Below are positions 9,998 to 22,200 of a stretch of 23,198 nucleotides of DNA, one piece after another. The position numbers were made by a program, and so were the translations under genes. Each line of letters starts with the position of its first letter. The first letter of the stretch is position 1. The notes under the pieces are model-generated. The model made no database searches. It had not been told where the DNA came from and saw nothing but the letters and a program-made list of their open reading frames with translations. Origin of the DNA: Ginkgo biloba (lineage: Eukaryota; Plantae; Ginkgophyta); NCBI GenBank assembly GCA_024626585.2, contig JANKJI020000004.1, forward strand, positions 175,829,019 through 175,852,216, given 5' to 3'.

Positions 9998-12519
9998 CCG
10001 AAATGGGTTGCATTTTTCATAACTAATAACTGCTAACCTAGAAAATGTGTCCAACACTGGTCTCCTACTTGTCTTACATCATTTGGAGACTTTTGCGTAG
10101 AAGGGTATCATCCAACATTCTGAGAAGAGGAGGTTCAACTCCAGCATGATTACCTTCTCATATTGTGACTCCAAATGTGAAACTACAGTCTTCCTGTATT
10201 CATTTTGGGAAAATAAGGGTCTGGTTTTCAAATGGGTGCATCTCCCTGGAATGTATGCTCTCCCATCTGTGACTCCAAGACAATGGAATAAGTGACCATC
10301 TTATCAGCCAATTATGATATACTATAAGATAGTTTAACTGGTATTGTACTCGTTAGATTATCTTATGCTTTAAGTCTTATATATTACCATGGACGAACTC
10401 ATACTGCTTTGAGGGTAAGATTCTGTTTATGTTGTGAGGAAGTGTAGTAAAAGTACTATGTTAAATCTTTATTTCCTCCTCCTGACATTACAGATATGAC
10501 CTATTACTGTTGTATAGTGGAAATTAATTTTATCATCTGAATGCTTGTGTTGAGAATAATATCTTTTTTTGTTTTTTGCTTGTCACCAAATAGGAATCAT
10601 CCATTTTGAGTGATACCAGTGTGGGAGAGGAGATTCTTCTGGTTTGTTGAGGGAAAGTTTAAATGGCATGTAACCACTTCTTTACATCTGTGAGGTAAAG
10701 TTATTTTAAAAACTCGTGTTCTTGCAAGATTCGTTTCATAAAACTTGTTCTTGCAGAATTTGTTTGTGCTTGAAGTGATCCCATTTGATGGAAATGTGGT
10801 CTATTCAAATAATGCTTGGAAGTTGTTTTTGAAGATTTCTTGGAAGCAAATAATGCATGAAAAGTTCCAGGTGTCGGGGATCAAGAAAATTGATCTTGGA
10901 GAGTACTCTTATAGTGAAAGTAGTGAAAATGATCATGAAGTGATTGTAGCGGAAACATCTTAAAGGGACTATATGAAGTGAGGTTTGGTCGCCTTCTTAC
11001 TGAATTCAATTATTAATATCAGGAAATCTATTATTTTGGCTGAAAGCGTGAATACACTCCTCAATCATTCTTGTATGATAATAATAAATGGGAGTTTATG
11101 CTTCACAGCGNNNNNNNNNNNNNNNNNNNNNNNNNNNNNNNNNNNNNNNNNNNNNNNNNNNNNNNNNNNNNNNNNNNNNNNNNNNNNNNNNNNNNNNNNN
11201 NNNNNNNNNNTTAGAACAAATTTGTGTTTATTCCTATTATTTGGCACTATCTTGAGTATTTTGCAATTGCTAGTTATTTTCTAGTATGTTTTTTAGTAGT
11301 TGTCCCGTTTGGGCACTATAGATTTGGATGTGGTGTGGTTTCTAAGCTAAGCTTTCAAATAGTAGATGTTAACCATGTTTTTCTGACTCTCACTATCCAA
11401 AATTGTTGGTATCATTTTGTAATCTACATCTTCAATGTAAATAACTCTCTAGCTCTATTCTCTTACTCAATGTTCACCAACACTAAAGAAGAACCTTGCT
11501 CATCTAAAGTGAATGTCACCTCTGGTGTATTCTTCTTTTTCTTTTTGGCCTTTTAATAAAGAGATCTTAGTGCTTTTCTTAGGTGTAATTTCTAGCAATC
11601 CAATTTGTCATAGCTAATCTTATAACAATGCTTGCACTTCTTATTCTTGTCATAGATTTTGGTTTGTTGCCATGATAATCTTCTTTCCCTGCATAACAAA
11701 AATAAGATGATGAAGTTTTATCTTTACATAAAAAGGAACTTGATGTCTTTTTCCTTGTTTTAACCTAAAAAGAAAATGTGTATGCCCCCCTATATTAAAT
11801 GTAAAATAAATAATTCAACTTCATGTCCAAGTTGATAGTGAAGGCCTCTCATAAATTTTAGGACCATTTTCTCTTAGGTTTTATGGTCTAATTTAGTGGT
11901 GGATTGAACTCATCGTAATAATCTTCAAAGGATTGCCTTGCTTTTTATCTTAGGTGCTATCACTAAACATATAACCCATCCTTATATCCAAGGGGTTAGA
12001 ATTTATGCCATAACTATTGTTTGAATTCATTCCATGAGCTAATAAGTGCCTCCTTTTCTCCTTCTCTTTCATTGCAATAGGTTCAATCGAAGCAATGTTC
12101 TTCTAGACATTACAAGTATAACAAAAGTATTTTTTTCACTCTTTTGAATATGAATGGTATGAATAATAAACCTTCAAAACTTGAATCTATAATTTTATAA
12201 TTTTAACATTCATCTTCATATTGAAGACTGTGTGTCAAGGAAAAATATTAGTAGCTATATATAGTCATTTGGTTATTTTTTTCCAAAATTTTCCAAAATC
12301 AGATTTGCTAATAAATAAATTTCTTTAAAAGTGTTTTTAATTTTAATAAAAGATCTTAACTTATTTTCCAAATTTAACATAAATTATTAGCAAAAAAANN
12401 NNNNNNNNNNNNNNNNNNNNNNNNNNNNNNNNNNNNNNNNNNNNNNNNNNNNNNNNNNNNNNNNNNNNNNNNNNNNNNNNNNNNNNNNNNNNNNNNNNTG
12501 GCTCTTAAAATTCAATGCT

Positions 12520-14570
12520 AATCACTGCTCCATTTTTCACAATATATATCTTTTTTAAGCGAAGATTTGTATGATATTGGAAACCATTTGGTATCCGGTG
12601 GTCTCCTAATTTCCAAAAATCATGCCATGCTATTGGTGCTCAAATTTACTACTCTAGTTCCAACAATTATAACCACATGAATTGATATTTAGAACCTTAG
12701 ATGGTTGCATAATCTTATTAGATAAATAGGAAGAACTCCTTTCACTATTATTGTTCTCTAGTTATATTTACTCTTAGAGGGTCATATCATTAGAGTTTGA
12801 GGTGACTGTAATCAGGGAAGGCAATAAAGGGTCAAAACCTAAAACCTTTGTCACATTTTGAAAAGATTCCCATTCATTATTGTTTGGTCCCTACATAATA
12901 CATCCATAAAACCTTGAGAATGGATTGAGAGAAAACTAAAGATATTCAAAATAGGATCACATGTTTCTATCCAATTTGATGAATCTTCCGTACAACCTCC
13001 CTAGCCATAGGTTTCTTTTACAATTCTCACAACAATCACCTACTATAAGAGTGACTTGTTGAGCAGTGGCTAGTCAAATTTCCTCTAACTTTTCATACAT
13101 GAGAAATGCTCTCTAATATTTTCCATGTTGTGTGATAATATAAACAAGAGGAATCTTTTTAGGAAGCCTTTCTTGAGGTTTCATAATAACCATGTGCACT
13201 TAGATTTGTAGTCATGTGAAATAGTAGCCCATCAGGATTTGAAGTTGCCTTCTCTTTGGTAGCTGGGTTCATTTATTTTTCATATGATTTAATCCATCAT
13301 AAATATGTACCATCAACACACTTGGCAAGTTTAATTTCCACAGGCATCAAAACCCTTTTCCACCGCTATTAGTCATACTTTTGATCTTTAGCACCAAATT
13401 AGGTACACTACAAAGGGTAAGTTTCTAATAGGGAAGGTAATGATATGTTAATGGCCCACTTTTTGGTCTTTGTGCCTTATCTTTATTTTCCATATAGGCT
13501 CCTAGAGGTGCTATTTACCTCCCTAGTTCTAGAAATAACTCTCGGGTCGACTAGGAAGGACCTCCAACTAAGGAATAACTCTATGGTTTTCACTTATGAA
13601 GAAGTTACTCAAAGGCAATCCCTGGTGGTAGTTTTGGCCTCCTATCATTACAAAGCTTCTTGGTCTCCATAGTTATGACATAAGTGTTCATTGGAAGATA
13701 CTAGGCATATCACTCCTAGTTCTACCAAAGAACATTTTCCTAGTCCAATGCTACCTTCTTGGCATGATCAAGGAGAGACTCCCTGCCTCATACTCTTCTC
13801 CCCAATTTTGCCGCATTCATTAATTGGATAGGCTTCTTGGCTCTCGAGAGTATATCCTTAATTCGTCTCATATTCCTCCTCCCCAATTTTGCCGCATTCC
13901 TTAATTGGGTAGGCTTCTTGGCTCTAAAGAGTATCTCCTTAATTCGTCCANNNNNNNNNNNNNNNNNNNNNNNNGAATATTTTTCTCATTATTAATCACC
14001 ACATGAGAAGAGCGCAGTTCCATTTGAACAATGAATGTTTGCCAAATCCCCAATTGGACACGTATTTGATCATTGGAAAACACAAAAATATCAATCGATG
14101 ATCGCCATAAATTTCCAGTGAATTCCTGGATAACCGCTTCAATATGTGAGATACTCCTCTTGACAGTGTTTCTTCAACGCTTTTGCAGTCTTTGATGGAT
14201 TCCCTGATTTNNNNNNNNNNNNNNNNNNNNNNNNNNNNNNNNNGGAAGAGCACAACATTGCTCCAAACCACCAGGTAGTATTCAATTCATTTGACATCTT
14301 CTAATAAAGAAAATCTGAAGATGCCAATGACATAACTCCTTAGCTTGTGATGTGGCATCATTTTTGGTCCATCTGAGTATCTCCTCGATTTAAAATGACT
14401 TCCTGACTCCTTTAATGCCTCCCTGGTTCAACCAGGAAGGTCACTTGTACTAGGGAGCTCTATAATTTCATTCGTTAGATGCTCTTTTTATCAGTCGGTT
14501 CCTTGCTCATCCATCAATGACCTACTTGGAGTTAATCGTAAAGCCTTTGTATCATAGAGGAACTGGAAGG
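12520..14570 (-). mobile_element. Highly degenerate Ty3/gypsy-like gag/protease relic; boundaries approximate
   Basis: Minus-strand fragments occur in the expected gag order: IFRFSLLEDV..LPGG (~14330-14270), RESIKD (~14200), FRAKKPTQLRNA (~13920), then weak protease-like pieces (~13400-13120). Heavily interrupted by stops and frameshifts. Confidence 0.45.
13787..13947. repeat. 80/81-bp tandem duplication (2 copies) next to a gap
   Basis: 13787-13866 and 13867-13947 share ccccaattttgccgcattc.ttaattgg.taggcttcttggctct..agagtat.tccttaattcgt. Confidence 0.9.
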
Positions 14571-16144
14571 NNNNNNNNNNNNNNNNNNNNNNNNNNNNNN
14601 NNNNNNNNNNNNNNNNNNNNNNNNNNNNNNNNNNNNNNNNNNNNNNNNNNNNNNNNNNNNNNNNNNNNNNTCCTTTTTGGTCCTTTCTCTTGAACATTAT
14701 CTTCTTGATTGGTTGATGTCTCACACGAGTTCCTAGTATGTGCATTATTCATGGGTCCTTATCACCACTTCCTGGCATCACCTTTCAATAAATATCTCCT
14801 TGATTCTTACTATCATTTCTTATGTGGTGTCTTACAACATTATTTCCTGGCCTAACAAATGGTTCTTGGTCTAAACAAGAAGTATATCCAACCAGGGAGG
14901 GGTTCACTAGATTACACCCATTGACACTCATTGTCATACACTAAGTCAACATCAAAAGTATCCATGAATGTTGAGGCATTTCCCTAGCCTATGGATATGG
15001 TCTCTAGTTCTTAGAATGTGACATTATTTTCTATATTTTGGAATACGCCTCCCTAATCCTCACAGTGCACTTTCTAGTTGTGATGTGGCATGACTTCCTA
15101 ACCTGATATATCATCTCCTATATTGATGTCACCTTCTTGTTTGAGTGACTCCCTGGTGTGAGGAACTTCCTAGTCTATCCAAGGAGTGATTTCAACTAAG
15201 GAGATGATATTTAGTTCATGATTCTTAGTTACATTAATGAAGATGCCTCCTTGATGGTAAGGTGCTTCATGCTGTGAAGTCATTCCCTAACTCATGAAGG
15301 TAGTCCCAAATGGAGTTTATAAAATCCTGGTATTTGACCATCACATCCTTGGACCAAAATGGAAGGTGCCTTACCATCTCTTACTTATATAGGAATCCTT
15401 GGGCCCACTAACGCAACCATGGCTTCCTAGTTAATGACGTCTCTCCCTGAACCAACTAGGAAAGGAAGTATTTGCTATTGCTTACCACCAAGGGGCGACT
15501 AAATTCAAACACATATAAAGTCTTCTATTAGACCTGTATCTAACCACCAGGATTCAAAGAATGCTTAAGCGACATCAACTCAATTTCTTGTCCTCTGTTT
15601 AAGGCCCTCACTTTTAGCTGAAGCTATTTGATTTACTGTAATGCCAAAAGGAGTTGGCATTGGTGTAACCAATGCATTGCTNNNNNNNNNNNNNNNNNNN
15701 NNNNNNNNNNNNNNNNNNNNNNNNNNNNNNNNNNNNNNNNNNNNNNNNNNNNNNNNNNNNNNNNNNNNNNNNNNNNNNNNNGGATTCCAACTTTGTAATA
15801 TTATCTTCCATCCTACATAGGATATAATAGAGTGTTGCGAAGCCACAATAGGATGGAGCAGAGTGGTGTAGAATTCTATCTTACACTCTATGCAAGATAG
15901 AGCAGGACCCAAAATAGGAGACAAAGTAAATTTATTACATGATATTGATATAGCATATTATTATATGAGGAATTTTTTTTCAACTCTTTGTAACAAAATA
16001 AAACCAAAATATATATGTTGGAGANNNNNNNNNNTTGAATTCATCATATCTATCATGGTTGGCTTAACATGGCTTTGGAAATATCATTAACTATGCTGGA
16101 GTGAAAATTGTGTCCATAAAGCTCAGAGTTGGGAGGTAAAGGAG

Positions 16145-16210
16145 AAACTCACAAAGCACAAACTCACATTATTACACACAAACTCATAATATTGCACACA
16201 AACTCACACT
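16145..16210. repeat. Short tandem repeat, about 20-bp period (aactca.a.tatt.cacaca)
   Basis: aactca recurs at 16146, 16161, 16181 and 16201. Confidence 0.75.
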
Positions 16211-17407
16211 TTAATAGACGTTCTTTAGAATTTGTCCAACACTCACTAGAGAACTATATTTGATGAATTGTAGGTTGTAGATTAAGGCCTAATACTGTAT
16301 AAGAGTTTCACCATTTGGTCCTATATAGAACCACATTGTATACAAATTTCAATACTTGTGATGATAGTAAATCAACCCCAAAAAGAATTACAAGGAAATA
16401 AATATTGGTTATTTTGATGAAGAAATTAAGTAGGAATGCATTTAAGCACTACAAAAAGTACTAGGCATTACATAATTGACATTAAATAACCACAAAGATA
16501 AATTCAAGTCTAGTGAATTTTACAAAACCAAGATAAAAGGGAAAAATAAATATCTTATTTTTCTTTCATTATTTTAAGCCCTTACCCCAATGGATACTCT
16601 GTAGAATAATTTGGCACTCTTGAATGTTAAGAGAATTTGGCACTATTTATAGTGCACATGTAGTATAATACTTCCATGTAGCAATGCATATAATGCTTAA
16701 CACTATTTAACAATCCATCGAGACTCTATATACCTATGATAACTAAACGATATATATAGGCTAGTTCTTTGTCTCATGTCTTTTTGTCTATCTTTGATCT
16801 TTTTCTTCCTTTTTAATACTTAAACATAACATTTAATACTTTCACTTGAACATGCTAAAACTTTAAGACAAATAAAGGAGTTGAGAGCCATGGAGCTTGT
16901 TTGTCAACCTTGATTCTTTTAAGTTCTCTTTTACTTATAATGCCAAGTTTTTACCCAAAAGCCAATAATTAGAATTGCAAACTAATTTACAATGTTCTAA
17001 TATGAAAAGAATATTGTTTGAATTTATATTATATTCTAAAAGAAACATTAATGCAAAAATACTATTCTTTAATGAAGAAATATAATATAGTTTGTTAAAA
17101 GAATTTTAATTATTCTTTTGTCTTTAATATAACATAAGAGAATTAGTCCAACAATTTATATATCTACGTCAAATGCATTCAAGATTAATATATTTTTAAA
17201 ATTTTTAGTAGTAATTATTTACTACTCAATAAATATTAGTATACTAATATACTAAAAGAGGTGGCATGTTTGATTTACCACACAATACAAAAGAATAGTC
17301 ATGCTCTNNNNNNNNNNNNNNNNNNNNNNNNNNNNNNNNNNNNNNNNNNNNNNNNNNNNNNNNNNNNNNNNNNNNNNNNNNNNNNNNNNNNNNNNNNNNN
17401 NNNNNNN

Positions 17408-17502
17408 TCCCAGGGCAACTTCTGGCATTTTTTCCAATCCATGAGCTTTTCTCCGGGCGTTTCTCTGTTGGGAATGATAAACAACAGTGTGGCCATCAGC
17501 AC
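17408..17502 (-). CDS. TDT: TDT exon 4, partial ([31 protein letters not shown]); remainder lost in gap 17308-17407
   Basis: Acceptor ttacag|GTG. Matches the t[11 protein letters not shown].....[13 protein letters not shown] segment and runs into a 100-N gap. Confidence 0.92.
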
Positions 17503-17738
17503 CTGTAACCAGATTGACACAACTGTCATCAGATCCGTTTCCAGCCAACTGCTGTGTTTCCCTGTAAAATTCCTACTATGCCTTTTAATCCAACTAAATT
17601 TAGCATTAGAGATTGATCCATTAGAAGCATGGATTATTGATGAAAGTGTTGCCTGAATTGTAAAAATGATTGCAAACATCAATTTCCATACATTTCTAGT
17701 ACACGGTCAAGTAAAATGGGCAGAGGCCAAAATCTTAC

Positions 17739-17834
17739 ACTAACAGTTCCATCGCCGGGGTATCCATCAAGAAGATCTCCCCAGCCTGGAACGTCGTTTG
17801 TTAGGCTATGGGTCATCCACAAGATTATGAGAAT
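17739..17834 (-). CDS. TDT: TDT exon 3 (ILIILWMTHSLTNDVPGWGDLLDGYPGDGTVS)
   Basis: Acceptor gagcag|ATT and donor AGT|gtaag, 96 nt in phase 0. Matches the tDT LWMTR..T.D.PGWG......GDGTVS segment. Confidence 0.93.
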
Positions 17835-18071
17835 CTGCTCAGCCACCAAAGTTTAAACTTACTGAAATGAGACCTCCATCAGTATGCTTCTTGCCCTCTG
17901 AAAACCGATTGAACAAAGTGGAAATTACAGTCCTAGAAACACACAATATGACCAGTTCACAGAAACATGGAGTCCATGGAGTATTGAAAACAACCCAAAT
18001 GATACAAAACAGTTGTAATCCAGGATTCAAGGATTCTCCAACACATGGAGACTGACAAACTAAAATGTTAC

Positions 18072-18115
18072 CAGGAAAATGGACAGCACCGTCTTGTCAG
18101 CAAAAGGCATCGGCC
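18072..18115 (-). CDS. TDT: TDT exon 2 (GPMPFADKTVLSIFL)
   Basis: Acceptor ggcag|GG and donor CTG|gtaaca. Phase is consistent with exon 1 after an 88-bp intron. Matches the tDT GPM.FAEK.VL.VF segment. Confidence 0.92.
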
Positions 18116-18203
18116 CTGCCATCATCATAAAGCCACTTCAGTCAAATAATTAATGAATAGAATCTGTGCCACAAACATTTGACAATGAGGGAAAATCGCT
18201 CAC

Positions 18204-19275
18204 CAAGCAGTTCCAGTTCCCTCTGGAGATGAGACTTGTCCAAACAAGCAGAGATTGTTTTAGTGGATGACTTAGAGCAATATAATACACACAAAATAGC
18301 CCAAAGGAATAGGAAGAGCACAAGAGCCAGAGGGAAAGCAAAGAAAGACCACTTCATGAAAGTAATTGGAGGAGCAGAGGGAAAGTAAGTCTGCCATATC
18401 CCCACTAATATGAGATTCACACCAGTCCCTGTGAGTGTAGACATCCCCCCAATAGCAGCCGCATACACAACTCCAACAACAACCGCTTTACAGAACATCA
18501 CTACATCTTCATGAACCGATTCAGTGGCTCCTCCTATATTAATCTCAGGATCGCTTACACCAGAGAATTCCGACGCAGTCGATCCATGGCCTGTTTTCTT
18601 GGGGCTGTCAGAGGCCTGAGCATTATGAAGAGGAAGAGCAGAGGCTGGAGATGCAGATCCATCCCTGACTCTTTCCAGAATACCGGTGGCGACGGGCATC
18701 ATTATGAGTGTGGCAGCCACGTTGTGCATCCACATGCTAACGAATGCCGTTGCCCCGCAGAAGCCCAAGAGAAGAAGACGAGGATTCATGGTCTTGCCAG
18801 AGAAGGCCACCAGCATCTTCAGCGCCAGCCGTTTATGCATCTTGTAATGCTCAACGGCTATTGCCAGAATGAAGCTCCCAATCACCAGCGATATCACATC
18901 GTTCATATANNNNNNNNNNNNNNNNNCAACGTCCGCCTTCGCGATCTTCAGCAGAGGGAAAAGATAGAGAGGCGCCAACGATGTCACAGCTATGGGCACT
19001 GCACCTGTCATCCACCATATGAATATCCAGCACAAGGACCCCATCATAGCTGTGCATTTTTCCCCATTTTTCTCCTTTATCTCCACAAATCTCAACACCA
19101 ACAAAAACACAAGAGGACCCAAGATTATGGCGATGTTCTTCTTCCTCAGCCCGATTGCTCTTATCCAAACAATCACCCTCGATTTTATGACAGACCAAAA
19201 GCTCTGGTCGACGGAAACTACCGACTTTGAGTCGGATCTTAACAAACTTCTCCTGCAATCTTCACTCTCCATCAT
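18204..19275 (-). CDS. TDT: Tonoplast dicarboxylate (malate/citrate) transporter, SLC13/DASS family, exon 1
   Basis: First ATG at 19275 after an in-frame TAA (19324-19326). Motifs [73 protein letters not shown] and [17 protein letters not shown] are characteristic of plant tDT. Donor CTTG|gtgag at 18204/18203. A 17-N gap lies at 18910-18926. Confidence 0.95.
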
Positions 19276-22200
19276 CTCTCGCCTTATAATGCAATCAATA
19301 CACAAAACTCTGATCCCCAGTAGTTATATCAAAGTAGAAGACGAGCCCCCAATCCACCAGTGTGGATTCTAATGAATCGATGATGTGGGTGATTACCACT
19401 CCAATTTGTGTAGAAAAAAACAATTCATACACAAATTGGTTGCGTGCAGAAACACACATACCTGCAAATCGTGTTCTCCCCTCTCCACACTCACTCATCA
19501 GTCAATAGACAAGCTCTATCTGCAACGGCATTTCATTGGCAATCTAATTCCCACACATGGCTCAAAATAACGATGGTCAAGCTAATACAATCTCTGGCAA
19601 TGATTTTCGCACTAGTTAACCTGGAAATGTGCATAATTGACCCTTGAATAACATTATTATTTTCTACTGCTCTGTTTCAGATGGTATGCGGGGGAGGGAG
19701 ACTTGAATGTATGGTACAGTCCGATTGATTCCTCTTACCCCTCATGAAATTACAAGATAATAAATAACAGCAGAAAGGACAACAGGCAAAACTAAGAATC
19801 GATTGACAAAGATAGGATCCAAAGTGTCATTTGCACTCTTAAATTGTACATAATAACCTCCTTAGCAACTTTCAAATAATCGCACCAAGGTAAATACCCA
19901 AATCGACTTCTTGGAGGTAAGTATGTTTAAAACTGAATTGCTTTATAGGAAATTTATTTGTCCATAACTATTAGGGACAAATTAGCCAAATCAACTTTAA
20001 CAAACTTTAGTGTTAGGAGACAAATGGAAATATATGCAACAAGAATTTATGATAGATCATTTTAGTGAGGAATGGAACAAAGGGGTTAAATAAAAGCTCT
20101 TGTCAAGTGGGGGCCATACCATAGATGATATGCTCTTATTATCTNNNNNNNNNNNNNNNNNNNNNNNNNNNNNNNNNNNNNNNNNNNNNNNNNNNNNNNN
20201 NNNNNNNNNNNNNNNNNNNNNNNNNNNNNNNNNNNNNNNNNNNNNNNNNNNNNNNNNNNNNNNNNNNNNNNNNNNNNNNNNNNNNNNNNNNNNNNNNNNN
20301 NNNNNNNNNNNNNNNNNNNNNNNNNNNNNNNNNNNNNNNNNNNNNNNNNNNNNNNNNNNNNNNNNNNNNNNNNNNNNNNNNNNNNNNNNNNNNNNNNNNN
20401 NNNNNNNNNNNNNNNNNNNNNNNNNNNNNNNNNNNNNNNNNNNNNNNNNNNNNNNNNNNNNNNNNNNNNNNNNNNNNNNNNNNNNNNNNNNNNNNNNNNN
20501 NNNNNNNNNNNNNNNNNNNNNNNNNNNNNNNNNNNNNNNNNNNNNNNNNNNNNNNNNNNNNNNNNNNNNNNNNNNNNNNNNNNNNNNNNNNNNNNNNNNN
20601 NNNNNNNNNNNNNNNNNNNNNNNNNNNNNNNNNNNNNNNNNNNNNNNNNNNNNNNNNNNNNNNNNNNNNNNNNNNNNNNNNNNNNNNNNNNNNNNNNNNN
20701 NNNNNNNNNNNNNNNNNNNNNNNNNNNNNNNNNNNNNNNNNNNNNNNNNNNNNNNNNNNNNNNNNNNNNNNNNNNNNNNNNNNNNNNNNNNNNNNNNNNN
20801 NNNNNNNNNNNNNNNNNNNNNNNNNNNNNNNNNNNNNNNNNNNNNNNNNNNNNNNNNNNNNNNNNNNNNNNNNNNNNNNNNNNNNNNNNNNNNNNNNNNN
20901 NNNNNNNNNNNNNNNNNNNNNNNNNNNNNNNNNNNNNNNNNNNNNNNNNNGTAAACAAATGTATAAATAAACAATGCCTCTATGAACTATAACAATGTAT
21001 AAAATATATAATGAATGCATTATAAGGCTCTAAATATACATAAAAATGCTAATAATTTTCTAAATCGATGGTGTAAATGTAAGGTTGTGATTTTAGATGA
21101 TCATAACACATCTAGTTCATGGGACATGACAACATGTTAAGCAATTATGGTGATTTAGCTAGAAAAAATAAAAACATAGATGATGTTGAATGACAAAAAA
21201 ATCAAACAATGGACAAATCAATTTAATTGTATAGTGAAAATACACGTAACGTGTGTTGGACTCCTTCTTCTATGGTTGATGCTTCGCTTTCTCTTAGGAA
21301 TAAATTTAAAAATATATAATACTAACTTTAAAAACATATTCTTAAGACATTATCATCACTTGTCATTTAAGCTACCTCCTCCTCATATTTTTCCATACAG
21401 AAAGAAAAACATAAAGATTCTAGGAGATAATAAAAAAAGTGAGAGATTCCAAGGCGGTAAGAACTCTTGTCATTTCAATAATAATTGAATTCCTCATTAT
21501 TTACCCTATTCATTGTCAACCATATGTATTTCTTATGACTCATTCAATGTCCATATTAATCACCATCCTTTCTCTTACTCATCATCTACCTATCTATTTT
21601 CTCCTCCTCATCACCCATATCCACGTTAGTCCTCACCCTTGCTCCTACTTATCGACTAACATACCCATTTTATTATATTTATTACCTACCACATTATAAT
21701 CCATTCTTTCATTAAAGTCTTAATATCATATGCAATCAATGACCTATCAAGGCAATGAACTAGATTTGGATACATAGAGTATGTATGAATTAGACTATGT
21801 ATATCTTTATACGAGTGTTTTAAACTATCTAGACAATGTGAAAAGTTTGTTGTCAAAACTTCTTTATACTTTATTTTGAGAACCATTCATCTATATACAT
21901 GTGCCAATCTTAGGATAAATGATTGAGAATAGTTAATAATAGAAGCAAGGACTAAAAGTAATAACTCCTAGATATCTCCACACGCATCCATGAGTTTGTG
22001 CATTTATTGATTCCTTATTATATGTTGAATTATAAATCTTTCATTGTTAATGAGAATGATCAAAGATACTTTATCAATTTATTATTTTTGCCTACTAAAG
22101 GTAGAGTATTTTATATTTAGCTCATGCATTGGCTCCTTATTTTCTTAGTTGTAGTAACCAATTATATCTGTAACATATACATAACACCACATTCCTAAGA

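Noticed and set aside
770-11720. Scattered ATGATGA (C-box-like) motifs suggesting snoRNAs
   Set aside because: No properly spaced D box with a terminal stem or rRNA-antisense element was identified.
16145-16210. Regularly spaced short repeats resembling a CRISPR-like array
   Set aside because: Contiguous tandem units without unique spacers, in eukaryotic DNA with no cas genes.
18511-19230. 239-aa + strand ORF antisense to TDT (and the other overlapping ORFs 18851-19258 and 18992-19372)
   Set aside because: These are shadow frames of a higher-GC coding exon with no recognisable motifs, and two of them are bridged by an N gap.
20057-21020. Long ORFs in the track (also 3374-3998 and 8006-8410)
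   Set aside because: Artefacts of translating through N runs.
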